Assembly: GCA_963746695.1 (NCBI GenBank)
Contig: CAVVCP010000023.1
Span: 37,413-101,412 of the forward strand
Source of the DNA: an uncultured Solirubrobacterales bacterium
GTDB lineage: Bacteria > Actinomycetota > Thermoleophilia > Solirubrobacterales > Solirubrobacteraceae
DNA: 64,000 nucleotides
Direction: 5' to 3'
A model generated the notes under the pieces. That model had not been told where the DNA came from, ran no database searches, and worked only from the letters and a program-made list of their open reading frames with translations. The translations under genes were made by a program, and so were the position numbers. Within the stretch, counting starts at the first letter, position 1, and each line of letters starts with the position of its first letter. Below, piece after piece: positions 56,290-64,000 of the stretch.

Positions 56290-57248
56290 GCGGGTCCGCG
56301 GGCACCAGCGGGCGACTGCTCGTCACCGGCGCGTCCGGCTTTGTGGGGGCGGCGGTGGTGCGTCTGGCGCTGGAGCGCGGATACGCGGTGACCGCGTTGG
56401 TCGGGCCCCGGTCGGATCTGGCGCGGCTCGAGACGGTCAGGCGCGAGGTCGAGATTGCCCGGGTCGACATCACCGATGGCCAGGCTTTGGCCGGGGTCGT
56501 CGCGGTGGCCCGCCCCGTGGCCTGCGTGCATCTGGCCGCGAGCGGCGCCGTCGTACGCGAGGATGATCTCGCCACGCTGATCGCCGCGAACGCCACCGCT
56601 CCCGCGGTGCTGGCCGAGGCGCTGGCCGACGCCGGCGCCCGCAGGCTTGTGACCGCCGGCTCGAGCTCCGAGTACGGGACCCCGCCGGGGGCGATGGACG
56701 AGGCCTCAGCCGCTCGTCCGGACGACTTCTACGGCGTCGCCAAGCTGGCGGGCGGGCTGCTGGCCCGGATCGCCGGCGCCCGGCACGGACTCGAGACCGT
56801 GCACATGCGACTGTTCTCGGTCTACGGTCCGGGTGAGGACCCGCGCCGGCTGGTCCCGTCGCTGATCGATGCGCTGCTGACCGGACGGCCGCTCGCGCTC
56901 ACGCCGGGCGGGCAAGTGCGCGACTTCGTGTACGTCGACGACGTGGCCGACGCGCTGCTCGAGGCAGTGCGGCGCCCGGACCTGGGCGGCCACACGCTGA
57001 ATGTGGGCACAGGCGTGCAGACGAGCGTTCGCGAGCTGGGTGCGATCGTGGCCGGTCAACTCGGCGGCGAGCACCTGCTCCGCTTCGGGCAGCTGCCCTA
57101 TCGCCCCGACGAGCGTTTCAGCTGGCGAGCGTCCACCGAGCTGGCCGCGCGGATCCTGGGATGGCGCGCGCGCACCGCATTGCCGGAAGGCATCGCCCGC
57201 ACGATCGAAGCGGCCCGGGGCCGCGCGGGAGATCGGATCGCGGCATGA
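56286..57248 (+). CDS. NAD-dependent sugar epimerase/reductase (SDR)
   Basis: GTGA overlap start. LLVTGASGFVGAAVV, YGVAKLAG (YxxxK). Confidence 0.85.
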   Translation: MSGSAGTSGRLLVTGASGFVGAAVVRLALERGYAVTALVGPRSDLARLETVRREVEIARVDITDGQALAGVVAVARPVACVHLAASGAVVREDDLATLIAANATAPAVLAEALADAGARRLVTAGSSSEYGTPPGAMDEASAARPDDFYGVAKLAGGLLARIAGARHGLETVHMRLFSVYGPGEDPRRLVPSLIDALLTGRPLALTPGGQVRDFVYVDDVADALLEAVRRPDLGGHTLNVGTGVQTSVRELGAIVAGQLGGEHLLRFGQLPYRPDERFSWRASTELAARILGWRARTALPEGIARTIEAARGRAGDRIAA

Positions 57249-58057
57249 GCAGCGAGACCACCGCCCACGAGGTGCGACGGCTGACGGTCGAGCTCGCGCT
57301 GGAAGCCGGCACCTGCCACATCGGCTCGGCGCTCGGAATCGCCGACGTCCTGACCGTCCTCTTCTTCGAGCTGATGCCGGTCGATCCGTCCATCCCGTCG
57401 TCGCCGCTGAAGGACACGTTCATCCTGAGCAAGGCCCACGCGGGCTCGGCGCTGCTGTCCGTGTTGGCGGTGCGCGGCACGATCGATCGCGACGAGTTGC
57501 GGCGCGAGTACTGCCGCGACGGCGGGGCGTACGGCGGTCACGCCGAGCGCGGCACGCCGGGCGTGGAGATCTCGGGCGGGTCGCTCGGGCACGGGCTGCC
57601 GATCGCGATCGGGCGAGCGATTGCCGATCGTCTCGACGGCCGGCTGCGCCGGACCTACTGCCTGATGGGCGACGGCGAGACCGACGAGGGCTCGGTGTCG
57701 GAGGCCGCCGCGCTGGCCGGGCGACTGGGGCTTGGACAGCTCGTGGCGATCATCGACGCCAACGGCCACCAGGGCCTCGACCGCGAGCTGACGTCCGGTC
57801 ACTGGGAGCGCCTCGCCGGGCGCTTTGAGTCCGCCGGCTGGGACGTCGCCAACGTGGACGGGCACGACCACGATGCCCTGCGGCGCGCGCTCGGCGTGGC
57901 CGCCGGTAGTCGGCCGCGCTGTGTTCTCGCCCACACCATCAAGGGCAAGGGCATCCCGTTCATGGAGGGCCGCTTCGACTCCCACTACAAGTCGTTCAAG
58001 CCGGAGCAGCGGGACATGGTGCTGACCGCGCTCGCCCAGGGGAGGGCCGCGGCATGA
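57245..58057 (+). CDS. Transketolase N-terminal (ThDP/PP-binding) subunit
   Basis: HIGSALGIADVLTVLFF, SKAHAG, GSLGHGLPIAIG, GDGETDEGSVSEA. Confidence 0.9.
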   Translation: MSSETTAHEVRRLTVELALEAGTCHIGSALGIADVLTVLFFELMPVDPSIPSSPLKDTFILSKAHAGSALLSVLAVRGTIDRDELRREYCRDGGAYGGHAERGTPGVEISGGSLGHGLPIAIGRAIADRLDGRLRRTYCLMGDGETDEGSVSEAAALAGRLGLGQLVAIIDANGHQGLDRELTSGHWERLAGRFESAGWDVANVDGHDHDALRRALGVAAGSRPRCVLAHTIKGKGIPFMEGRFDSHYKSFKPEQRDMVLTALAQGRAAA

Positions 58058-58983
58058 GGGACGCTTTCGCCGCTGCGCTGACGCATGGTGCGGCCGAGAA
58101 TGAGCGCGTCTGCCTTGTGCTGGCTGACCTCGGCGTCGGCGTGTTCGACGAGTTCGAGCGCACGGCGCCCGGCCGGATCCTCAACGTCGGGATCGCCGAG
58201 CAGACGATGGTCGGGGTGGCTGCCGGTCTTGCCCAGGCCGGCAAGCGCGCGGTCGCGTACACGATCGCGCCGTTCATCACCTCTCGCGCGCACGACCAGG
58301 TTCGCGTCGACGTCGCCGCCGGCAACGCCAACGTCCTGCTGGTCGGCGTGGGCGGTGGCGTCGCCTACGGATACCTCGGGCTGACCCATCACGCGATCGA
58401 CGATCTGGCCGCGATGCGGGCGCTGCCGAACATGACCGTGCTGAGTCCCTGCGATCCCCAGGACACCACCGGTGCCGTGCACGCGGCGCTCGCCCTGGAC
58501 GGACCGGCCTACCTTCGACTCGGCAAGAACGGCGAGCCGGGGTTGCTGCCCGACGGGGCGGAATTCACGCTCGGGCGTGCAACGCGCGTACGCGCTGGTA
58601 AGGACGTCACGATCGCCTCCACGGGCACGATCCTGGGTAGCGCGATCGGCGCCGCCGAGCTTCTCGCCCGCGACGGAATCGACGCTGCCGTACTCCATTT
58701 CGGGACGGTCAAGCCACTCGACGAGGACGCGGTGCTGAGCGCTCTCGCCGACACCGGGCTGATCCTTGCGCTTGAGGAGCACTCGGTGCTCGGCGGCTTC
58801 GGGAGCGCGGTCGCCGAGGTCGCGGCAGCGTCCGGAGCCGGGCGGGTGCTGCGTATCGGCTTCCCCGACTGCTTCGTGCACGAGGTGGGTGGGCGCGAGT
58901 ACCTGCTGGCGCACTACGGCCTGGACGCTGCCGGCGTCGCCGCCCGGGTACGGGTCGCGCTCGGGGAGAAGGTGGCGGGATGA
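58054..58983 (+). CDS. Transketolase C-terminal (pyrimidine-binding) subunit
   Basis: NVGIAEQTMVGVAAGLA, GLTHHAIDDLAAMRALPNMTV, TVKPLDE. Confidence 0.9.
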   Translation: MRDAFAAALTHGAAENERVCLVLADLGVGVFDEFERTAPGRILNVGIAEQTMVGVAAGLAQAGKRAVAYTIAPFITSRAHDQVRVDVAAGNANVLLVGVGGGVAYGYLGLTHHAIDDLAAMRALPNMTVLSPCDPQDTTGAVHAALALDGPAYLRLGKNGEPGLLPDGAEFTLGRATRVRAGKDVTIASTGTILGSAIGAAELLARDGIDAAVLHFGTVKPLDEDAVLSALADTGLILALEEHSVLGGFGSAVAEVAAASGAGRVLRIGFPDCFVHEVGGREYLLAHYGLDAAGVAARVRVALGEKVAG

Positions 58984-60215
58984 GTTGGGCAGTTCATCCG
59001 CGCGGCGGCTGCCGGGTGTGCGGTTCGCCCAACGTGCCCGAGTTCCTCGACCTGGGCGCGGCACCTTTCACCGACGACTTTGTCACCCCCGAGAGCCGCG
59101 GCGAGGAGTTCGTCGCCCCGTTGAAGGTGGCGATCTGCCGCGAGTGCTGGACGGCCCAGACCCAGCACGATGTGGAGGTCGACGAGTACTACCGCGATTA
59201 CAACTACAGCGTGGCGGCATCCCCCTTCGCCCAGCGGTTCATGGCCAGACTGGCGCAGGAGACGCTCGGTCGATACGCCTCCGGACCCGAAGCGCGCGTG
59301 CTCGAGGTGGGCTCCGGCGATGGCGCCCAACTCGAGCAGTTCCAGGCGCTGGGGGCGCGGGTGCTCGGCTTCGAGCCCTCCGCCGAGCTGTGCGCCACCT
59401 CGCGGGCGGCCGGCGTCCCCGTGGCGGAGTGCCTGTTCGAAGCCGGCACGGTCGGGGCGATTCCCGCCGACATGCGTCCGGCTGACGTGGTCCTGCTCAC
59501 CTACACGTTCGATCACCTCCCCGATCCACTGTCGTTCCTGGAGGCGGTCGGCACGGTGCTCGACCCCTCGCATGGCGTGCTGGTGATCGAGGTGCACGAC
59601 CTTGAGGAGATCATGCGCCGGCGCGAGACGTGCCTGTTCGAGCACGAGCACTCCGTCTACCTGAGCCGGCAGTCGTTCCGCCGGCTTCTGGAGCGGGCGG
59701 GCTTCGTGCTGCTCAGCACCGAGCTCCTGCCCGCGCGCGAGCGCCGCGGCAACTCACTCCTGGTCGTCGCCGCGCCACGCGCCACCCGGCACGTGCCCGA
59801 CGCGGGCGCGCCCGATATCCCCGAGCTGGAGCGGTGGGAGACCTATGCCGGCTTTGGCGACGCCGTCGCGGCCAGCCACAGCGCTCTGCGCGAGTACGTG
59901 CGCGCGCGCCGCGCCGAGGGCGTGCGCGTGGCCGGCTACGGTGCCGGCGGGCGCGGGGTGATGACGCTCGCCGTGTCCGGCCTGCACTCCGGCGACGTCG
60001 CATACCTGTGCGATCGCAGCCCGCACGCGCACGGACTGTTTGCCCCGAAGTCGCACGTGCCCATCTGCCCCCCCAGCCGGCTGGCCGAGGACCCGGTCGA
60101 TGAGCTGATCGTGTTCTCTTACGGCTACATGGACGAGATCCGCGAGCAGCTCGAGCGCGAGCTGCCGGTCGTGCCCCGGCTCACCTCGGTCCTCGACCTG
60201 CTCGCAGTCAGATAG
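58980..60215 (+). CDS. NDP-hexose C-methyltransferase-like protein (Zn-ribbon + SAM MTase + C-terminal domain), copy 1
   Basis: CRVCGS...CRECWTAQ zinc ribbon, LEVGSGDGAQL SAM motif, C-terminal GYGAGGRG Rossmann-like domain, as in TylC3-type enzymes. Confidence 0.75.
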   Translation: MSWAVHPRGGCRVCGSPNVPEFLDLGAAPFTDDFVTPESRGEEFVAPLKVAICRECWTAQTQHDVEVDEYYRDYNYSVAASPFAQRFMARLAQETLGRYASGPEARVLEVGSGDGAQLEQFQALGARVLGFEPSAELCATSRAAGVPVAECLFEAGTVGAIPADMRPADVVLLTYTFDHLPDPLSFLEAVGTVLDPSHGVLVIEVHDLEEIMRRRETCLFEHEHSVYLSRQSFRRLLERAGFVLLSTELLPARERRGNSLLVVAAPRATRHVPDAGAPDIPELERWETYAGFGDAVAASHSALREYVRARRAEGVRVAGYGAGGRGVMTLAVSGLHSGDVAYLCDRSPHAHGLFAPKSHVPICPPSRLAEDPVDELIVFSYGYMDEIREQLERELPVVPRLTSVLDLLAVR

Positions 60216-61386
60216 AGCGCGGCGGCGGCAGCAGCTCGAGCGGCGTGCCGAGCACGGCGATCGTCCCGCGGAAGCCCAGCGGGCCGCGGAGCTCGGCGAT
60301 GATCTCGTCGCGGTAGGCGAGCGCGGTCAGGACCACGAGGTCGACGGGCTGCTCGCGCAACCGCTCGGGCGCCACCACCGGTAGGTGGGTGATCGGCGTC
60401 AGCCGTCCCTGCTTGTGGGGGTCCGAGTCGATCACGTAGGCGAAGCCCTCGGCTCCGGCGGCGGCGAGGCTGGCCAGGCCCTTGGCCCCCGATCCCCAGG
60501 CGGCCACGCGGCGCCCCGCCGCGACGTGGGAGCGCACGAGCGCGCGCAGCTCGTCCGCCACGTCGGTGACCGACTGCTGCAGCCCGGCGAAGTCCCGCCC
60601 GGAGTCGACCCGGACCAGAGCCTGCAGGAACTCTCCACCCATGCCGCGGGTCACCTCGAGCACCAGGAAGCCGTTGGTCTCGAGCGCCCGGGCCAGCGTC
60701 CCGGCGCTGAAGTAGTTGACGTGATCGCGGAAGAAGTCGTAGAAGCGATGGTGCTCGAGCGCCTGCTCGAGGCTGGGAACCTCGACCAGCCCGACGCCGT
60801 CGTCGGTGAGTGACCGGCGGATGCCCTGGAGGAAGTCGTTCGGGTCCGGGATGTGCTCGAGCACCTCGCGGGTGGCGAAGGCGTCGTAGGGGCCGCCGGG
60901 GATCGGATCAGCGGCGGTCACATAGCCGCCCAGCACGTCGTGGCCGGCGGCCAACGCCAGCTCGCGGAACGGCGCGGAGGGCTCGAGGCCGGTGGCGTCG
61001 ACCCCGAGCTCGCGCAGCACCCCGAGGTAGTGACCGTCACCGCACCCGACCTCGATAACGCGCCGTCCCGGCAGCTCGAACCGCTCGACGAAGCCGCGGG
61101 CCTGCTCGCGCTGGAACTCGCGCATCTGCGGCGAGTGGCTGACCGTCATCACGTACTCGTCGTAGTAGCTGCTGTCCGGGTCGACAAGAAGCTGGACGTG
61201 GCCGCAGCGCTCACAGCGGTAGACCTCCAGGCTGATCGGCTCGTCGTGCGCGGCCTCGGACGGGGTGAGGAGGTAGGAGATGTTGCGGGGCGCGCGGTCG
61301 AGGCGGAGGCTTGGCAAGAGCTCGGTGGAGTGGCACAGCCGGCACGCGGCGCCGGCAATCGCCTCGGCTGGTGGACGCCCGGTCAC
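60208..61386 (-). CDS. NDP-hexose C-methyltransferase-like protein, copy 2 (diverged paralogue, convergent with copy 1)
   Basis: GTG 61386 overlaps the stop of the upstream gene (GTGA). CRLCHS...CERCGHVQ, IEVGCGDGHYL, AWGSGAKG. The tracked ORF upstream extension to 61575 was discarded. Confidence 0.75.
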   Translation of the reverse strand: MTGRPPAEAIAGAACRLCHSTELLPSLRLDRAPRNISYLLTPSEAAHDEPISLEVYRCERCGHVQLLVDPDSSYYDEYVMTVSHSPQMREFQREQARGFVERFELPGRRVIEVGCGDGHYLGVLRELGVDATGLEPSAPFRELALAAGHDVLGGYVTAADPIPGGPYDAFATREVLEHIPDPNDFLQGIRRSLTDDGVGLVEVPSLEQALEHHRFYDFFRDHVNYFSAGTLARALETNGFLVLEVTRGMGGEFLQALVRVDSGRDFAGLQQSVTDVADELRALVRSHVAAGRRVAAWGSGAKGLASLAAAGAEGFAYVIDSDPHKQGRLTPITHLPVVAPERLREQPVDLVVLTALAYRDEIIAELRGPLGFRGTIAVLGTPLELLPPPRSI

Positions 61387-62381
61387 GCCCGGTCGTAGAC
61401 GTAGCGGCGGTACCAGTCGATCGTTCGGCGTAGCCCTTCCTCCAAGCTCACCCGGGGGGCCCAGCCGGACATCGTGCGCAGCTTGGTCGAGTCGACCCAT
61501 TGCCGGCTGATCTCGCCCGCGGGGGTGCCGGTGCCGCGGACGTCGGGCTCGACGCCCGTCTCGGCGACCTGGCACATCAGCGCCACCACCTCGAGCACCG
61601 AATGAGGCTGATCGCCGCCGGCGTTGAATGCCTCGCCGCCGCCCCGGCGCTCCTCGAGCAGTTGGGCGATCGCCAGGTAGGCGTCGACCGCGTCCTCGAC
61701 GTACAAGAAGTCGCGCTGCAGCGTGCCGTCGGAGCGGATCACCGGCCGCCGTCCCTCGATCGCCGCCATCGCCGCCTCGGGCACGAGACGGGACAGGTTC
61801 AAGTCGCCGCCGCCGTACAGGTTGGCGAAGCGGGTGACGGCTACCGGCAGCTCGAACGTGTGCCAGTAGCTGCGGGCGATCATGTCGGTGGCCGCCTTGG
61901 AGACGTCATAGGGGTAGCGCGGCGTGAGCGCGAAGTCCTCTCGGTAGGGCAGCTGGTCGTGGATCCCGTACGCCTTGTCCGACGCGGCCACGACGACGCG
62001 CGCGACTCGGAGATGCCGGCAGGCCTCGAGCAGCGTCCAGGTCCCGCGGATGTTCGTCTCGAACGTCGACAGCGGCGCGGTGTTGGCGATTCCCACGATC
62101 GTCTGGGCGGCCAGGTGGAAGACCGTGTCCACCTCGTACTCGCCGAGCGCGCGCTCGATCAGCGGGCCGTCGCAGATGTCGCCGTGGACGACGTTGACGT
62201 GACGCTCGGTGCCCTCGAGCTCGAGTGCCGAGCCGGGCACCGAGTCGCGCTTGAGCACGGTGGTCCGGGCGCCCTCCGCGATCAGCCGCTTGACCATCCA
62301 GCTGCCGAGGAGGCCGTACGCCCCGGTGACGAACACCGAGCGGCCGCGCAGCGTGCCGGGGCTGGACGGAGGGTGCGCCAT
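61383..62381 (-). CDS. CDP-glucose 4,6-dehydratase-like NAD-dependent dehydratase
   Basis: VFVTGAYGLLGSWMVKRL, HLAAQTIV, TNIRGTWTLLEA, YDVSKAA (YxxxK). Confidence 0.8.
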   Translation of the reverse strand: MAHPPSSPGTLRGRSVFVTGAYGLLGSWMVKRLIAEGARTTVLKRDSVPGSALELEGTERHVNVVHGDICDGPLIERALGEYEVDTVFHLAAQTIVGIANTAPLSTFETNIRGTWTLLEACRHLRVARVVVAASDKAYGIHDQLPYREDFALTPRYPYDVSKAATDMIARSYWHTFELPVAVTRFANLYGGGDLNLSRLVPEAAMAAIEGRRPVIRSDGTLQRDFLYVEDAVDAYLAIAQLLEERRGGGEAFNAGGDQPHSVLEVVALMCQVAETGVEPDVRGTGTPAGEISRQWVDSTKLRTMSGWAPRVSLEEGLRRTIDWYRRYVYDRA

Positions 62382-62392
62382 CGACGCGAAGA

Positions 62393-63691
62393 TTACGGCC
62401 CGGTCAGCCGGCCAGCGTCAGCAGCTGCCTCGCCTCGGCATCCTCGGGATCGCGCTCGATCACACTGGCGGCGTCGGCATGGGCGCCAACACGATCGCCG
62501 CCGGCGAGGCGGATGGCGCCCCGGTTGAGCAGCGCATCCCGGTCGTGCGGGGCGACGAACAGCGCGTGCTCGACGTAGGCGCGCGGCATCCGCGAGACCG
62601 AGGTGGTGCGCGGTGACCGCGAGGTCGTTCCAGGCGGCGGACAAGCCGGGCAGGCGTGCCGCGGCCTCGGCAAACCGCTGCGCTGCGGCCTGTGCGTCCC
62701 CGCCCGCGAACGCCTCCTCGCCCGCGGCCACCAGCTCGCGGGCGATTCGATCGTCGCCCACGGCGCGAGCCGCGTCGTCGAGCACCACGAGGAGATCACG
62801 GCGGCCCTGGGCGCGGGCCAGCCTCCACAGATAGTCGCGCAGGCCCTGAGACTGGGGGAAGCGGGCGACGGCCTCGGCGAGCCGCTCGATGGGCAGGCGT
62901 TCCCAGAGGTCGAAGGCCCAGCCGTTCACGTAGAACCCGTCCAGGGTCGCTCCGAACTCGGCCTCCGACAGGCCGGCGTGTAGACCGTCGTCGTAGAGAG
63001 CGGTGAAGTCGAGCGTCATGATCGTATGCCGGCGGTCGGCCCAGGTGATCTCGGTGCCCCCGTCGAGCAGGGGCTCGGCGGCCGCGACGCACGGGCCATC
63101 CAGGCCGGCGCGGAAGAACCACAGGAGCGGGATGTAGGCGTTGTCGGTGTGGACCTCGCGGATCGACTGCTGCAAGCCGCGGGTGCGAACGATCGAGGCC
63201 GACATGAACGTCAACCAGTGATGGTGGGCGCGGTACATGTCGGCGGCGTCGGCGTAGCGCTCGACGTGGCCTCGCGCGGGCGACGTTCCGACCACCCGCC
63301 CGGAGGGGTCGACCCACCGGTGGGGCAGGTGAAGCCACGCCGGCCGCTCCGCGCGGAGCAGACCCACGACCGTGGCCAGGGCGCCGTCGTGGGGGATGTC
63401 GTCGTCGCCGATCAGCCACAGGTACTCGCTGTCGCCGGCATGATCGATGAGCCATTGGATGTTGGGCGGTGCACCGAGGTTGGTTGGCTGGCGGTGAACA
63501 CGCAGCCAGGGCAGGCGCTCCGCCGCTTCTCGCAGCAGCTCGGGCGTTCGATCCGCGGAGGCGTTGTCGGACACGAACACGGTGACGTCCTCGCCGGCGT
63601 GGCTCAGCTGCCGCTCGAGGCAGGCGAGCAGGCGCTCGAGGTCGTCCGCGCGCTCGAACGTCGGTATGCCGATGCACAGCAGCGAGCTCAC
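62393..63691 (-). CDS. Family 2 glycosyltransferase with C-terminal TPR-like region (the TPR reading frame appears shifted near 62578-62590)
   Basis: GTG 63691 overlaps the stop of the upstream gene. IGIPTFERADDLERLL...VSDNASAD...IGDDD (GT2). TPR-like text continues in a second frame (ORF 62404..62799 tail). Confidence 0.75.
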   Translation of the reverse strand: MSSLLCIGIPTFERADDLERLLACLERQLSHAGEDVTVFVSDNASADRTPELLREAAERLPWLRVHRQPTNLGAPPNIQWLIDHAGDSEYLWLIGDDDIPHDGALATVVGLLRAERPAWLHLPHRWVDPSGRVVGTSPARGHVERYADAADMYRAHHHWLTFMSASIVRTRGLQQSIREVHTDNAYIPLLWFFRAGLDGPCVAAAEPLLDGGTEITWADRRHTIMTLDFTALYDDGLHAGLSEAEFGATLDGFYVNGWAFDLWERLPIERLAEAVARFPQSQGLRDYLWRLARAQGRRDLLVVLDDAARAVGDDRIARELVAAGEEAFAGGDAQAAAQRFAEAAARLPGLSAAWNDLAVTAHHLGLADAARLRRARAVRRPARPGCAAQPGRHPPRRRRSCWRPCRRRQCDRARSRGCRGEAAADAGRLTGP

Positions 63692-64000
63692 GCCGCCTCG
63701 CTCCGGGCCCGGCGCTCGTAGAACCGGGCGCGGACGGCCTCGGTGGCGGCCAGCGCGTCCGCGGGCGGCGCCAGGGCGTCTACCTGTGCGCCGCGCAGGA
63801 TGTCCGCGTAGCGCGGACCCATCACGTCCCACGTGTAGGAAGCCTGCCAGTGGGCGAGCCCGGCGGCGCCCAGCTCGCGGGCCGCGGCCGGGGCGTCGAG
63901 CAGGAAGTCGATGCCGTCGCCGAACATCCGCAGCGGGAGGATCAGGCCGCCGGCGTGGTCGTGCACGGCGCCACAGGTGGGGGTGGCGATCCACGGAAGG
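63688..64000 (-). CDS. Family 1 (GT4-like) glycosyltransferase, C-terminal part (5' end outside window)
   Basis: The frame is open to the window edge. ...GLILPLRMFGDGIDFLLDAPAAARELGAAG resembles a GT1 C-terminus. Weak because the fragment is short. Confidence 0.5.
   Translation of the reverse strand, partial: LPWIATPTCGAVHDHAGGLILPLRMFGDGIDFLLDAPAAARELGAAGLAHWQASYTWDVMGPRYADILRGAQVDALAPPADALAATEAVRARFYERRARSEAA

Overview
Very GC-rich chromosomal segment (about 70% by eye, not computed). Frequent GTG/TTG starts and 4-nt start/stop overlaps. Actinomycetota hallmarks: a TCGAAC-N4-GTTCGA-type LexA box, a DUF222-HNH gene, and a SUF system with SufU plus a Rieske protein. I support about 58 protein-coding genes. 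I saw no rRNA, tRNA, CRISPR array, transposase or integrase.

Gene content in order:
- Sugar-modifying genes, including an epimerase+GT28 glycolipid-synthase fusion, and a Tat-exported phospholipase C fused to a YVTN beta-propeller.
- An SOS mutasome that is dispersed rather than an operon. An imuB-like gene and dnaE2 lie 10 kb apart, each behind the identical 14-mer CGAACATGTGTTCG.
- A low-GC orphan AAA+ ATPase cassette bracketed by paired TTACACA repeats, sitting just after imuB.
- Housekeeping and efflux genes, then a cyclic-di-AMP (ydaO-type) riboswitch in front of an orphan tail-anchored protein.
- glnA, a ridA-threonine dehydratase pair, a small acyl-CoA metabolism block, pepF and rnd.
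- A SUF Fe-S system split into two halves by about 5 kb. The insert holds a frameshifted threonine aldolase, an ABC ATPase plus an unknown membrane protein, and a third-LexA-box DUF222-HNH endonuclease.
- A RemA / proline-repeat protein / GGDEF-EAL module.
- A CDP-hexose cluster with a split transketolase and two C-methyltransferases, suggesting a branched-chain sugar.

Three genes show indel-like lesions or a missing start at simple repeats, so sequence quality should be checked. All family calls rest on motif recognition in the supplied translations. No database search was possible.
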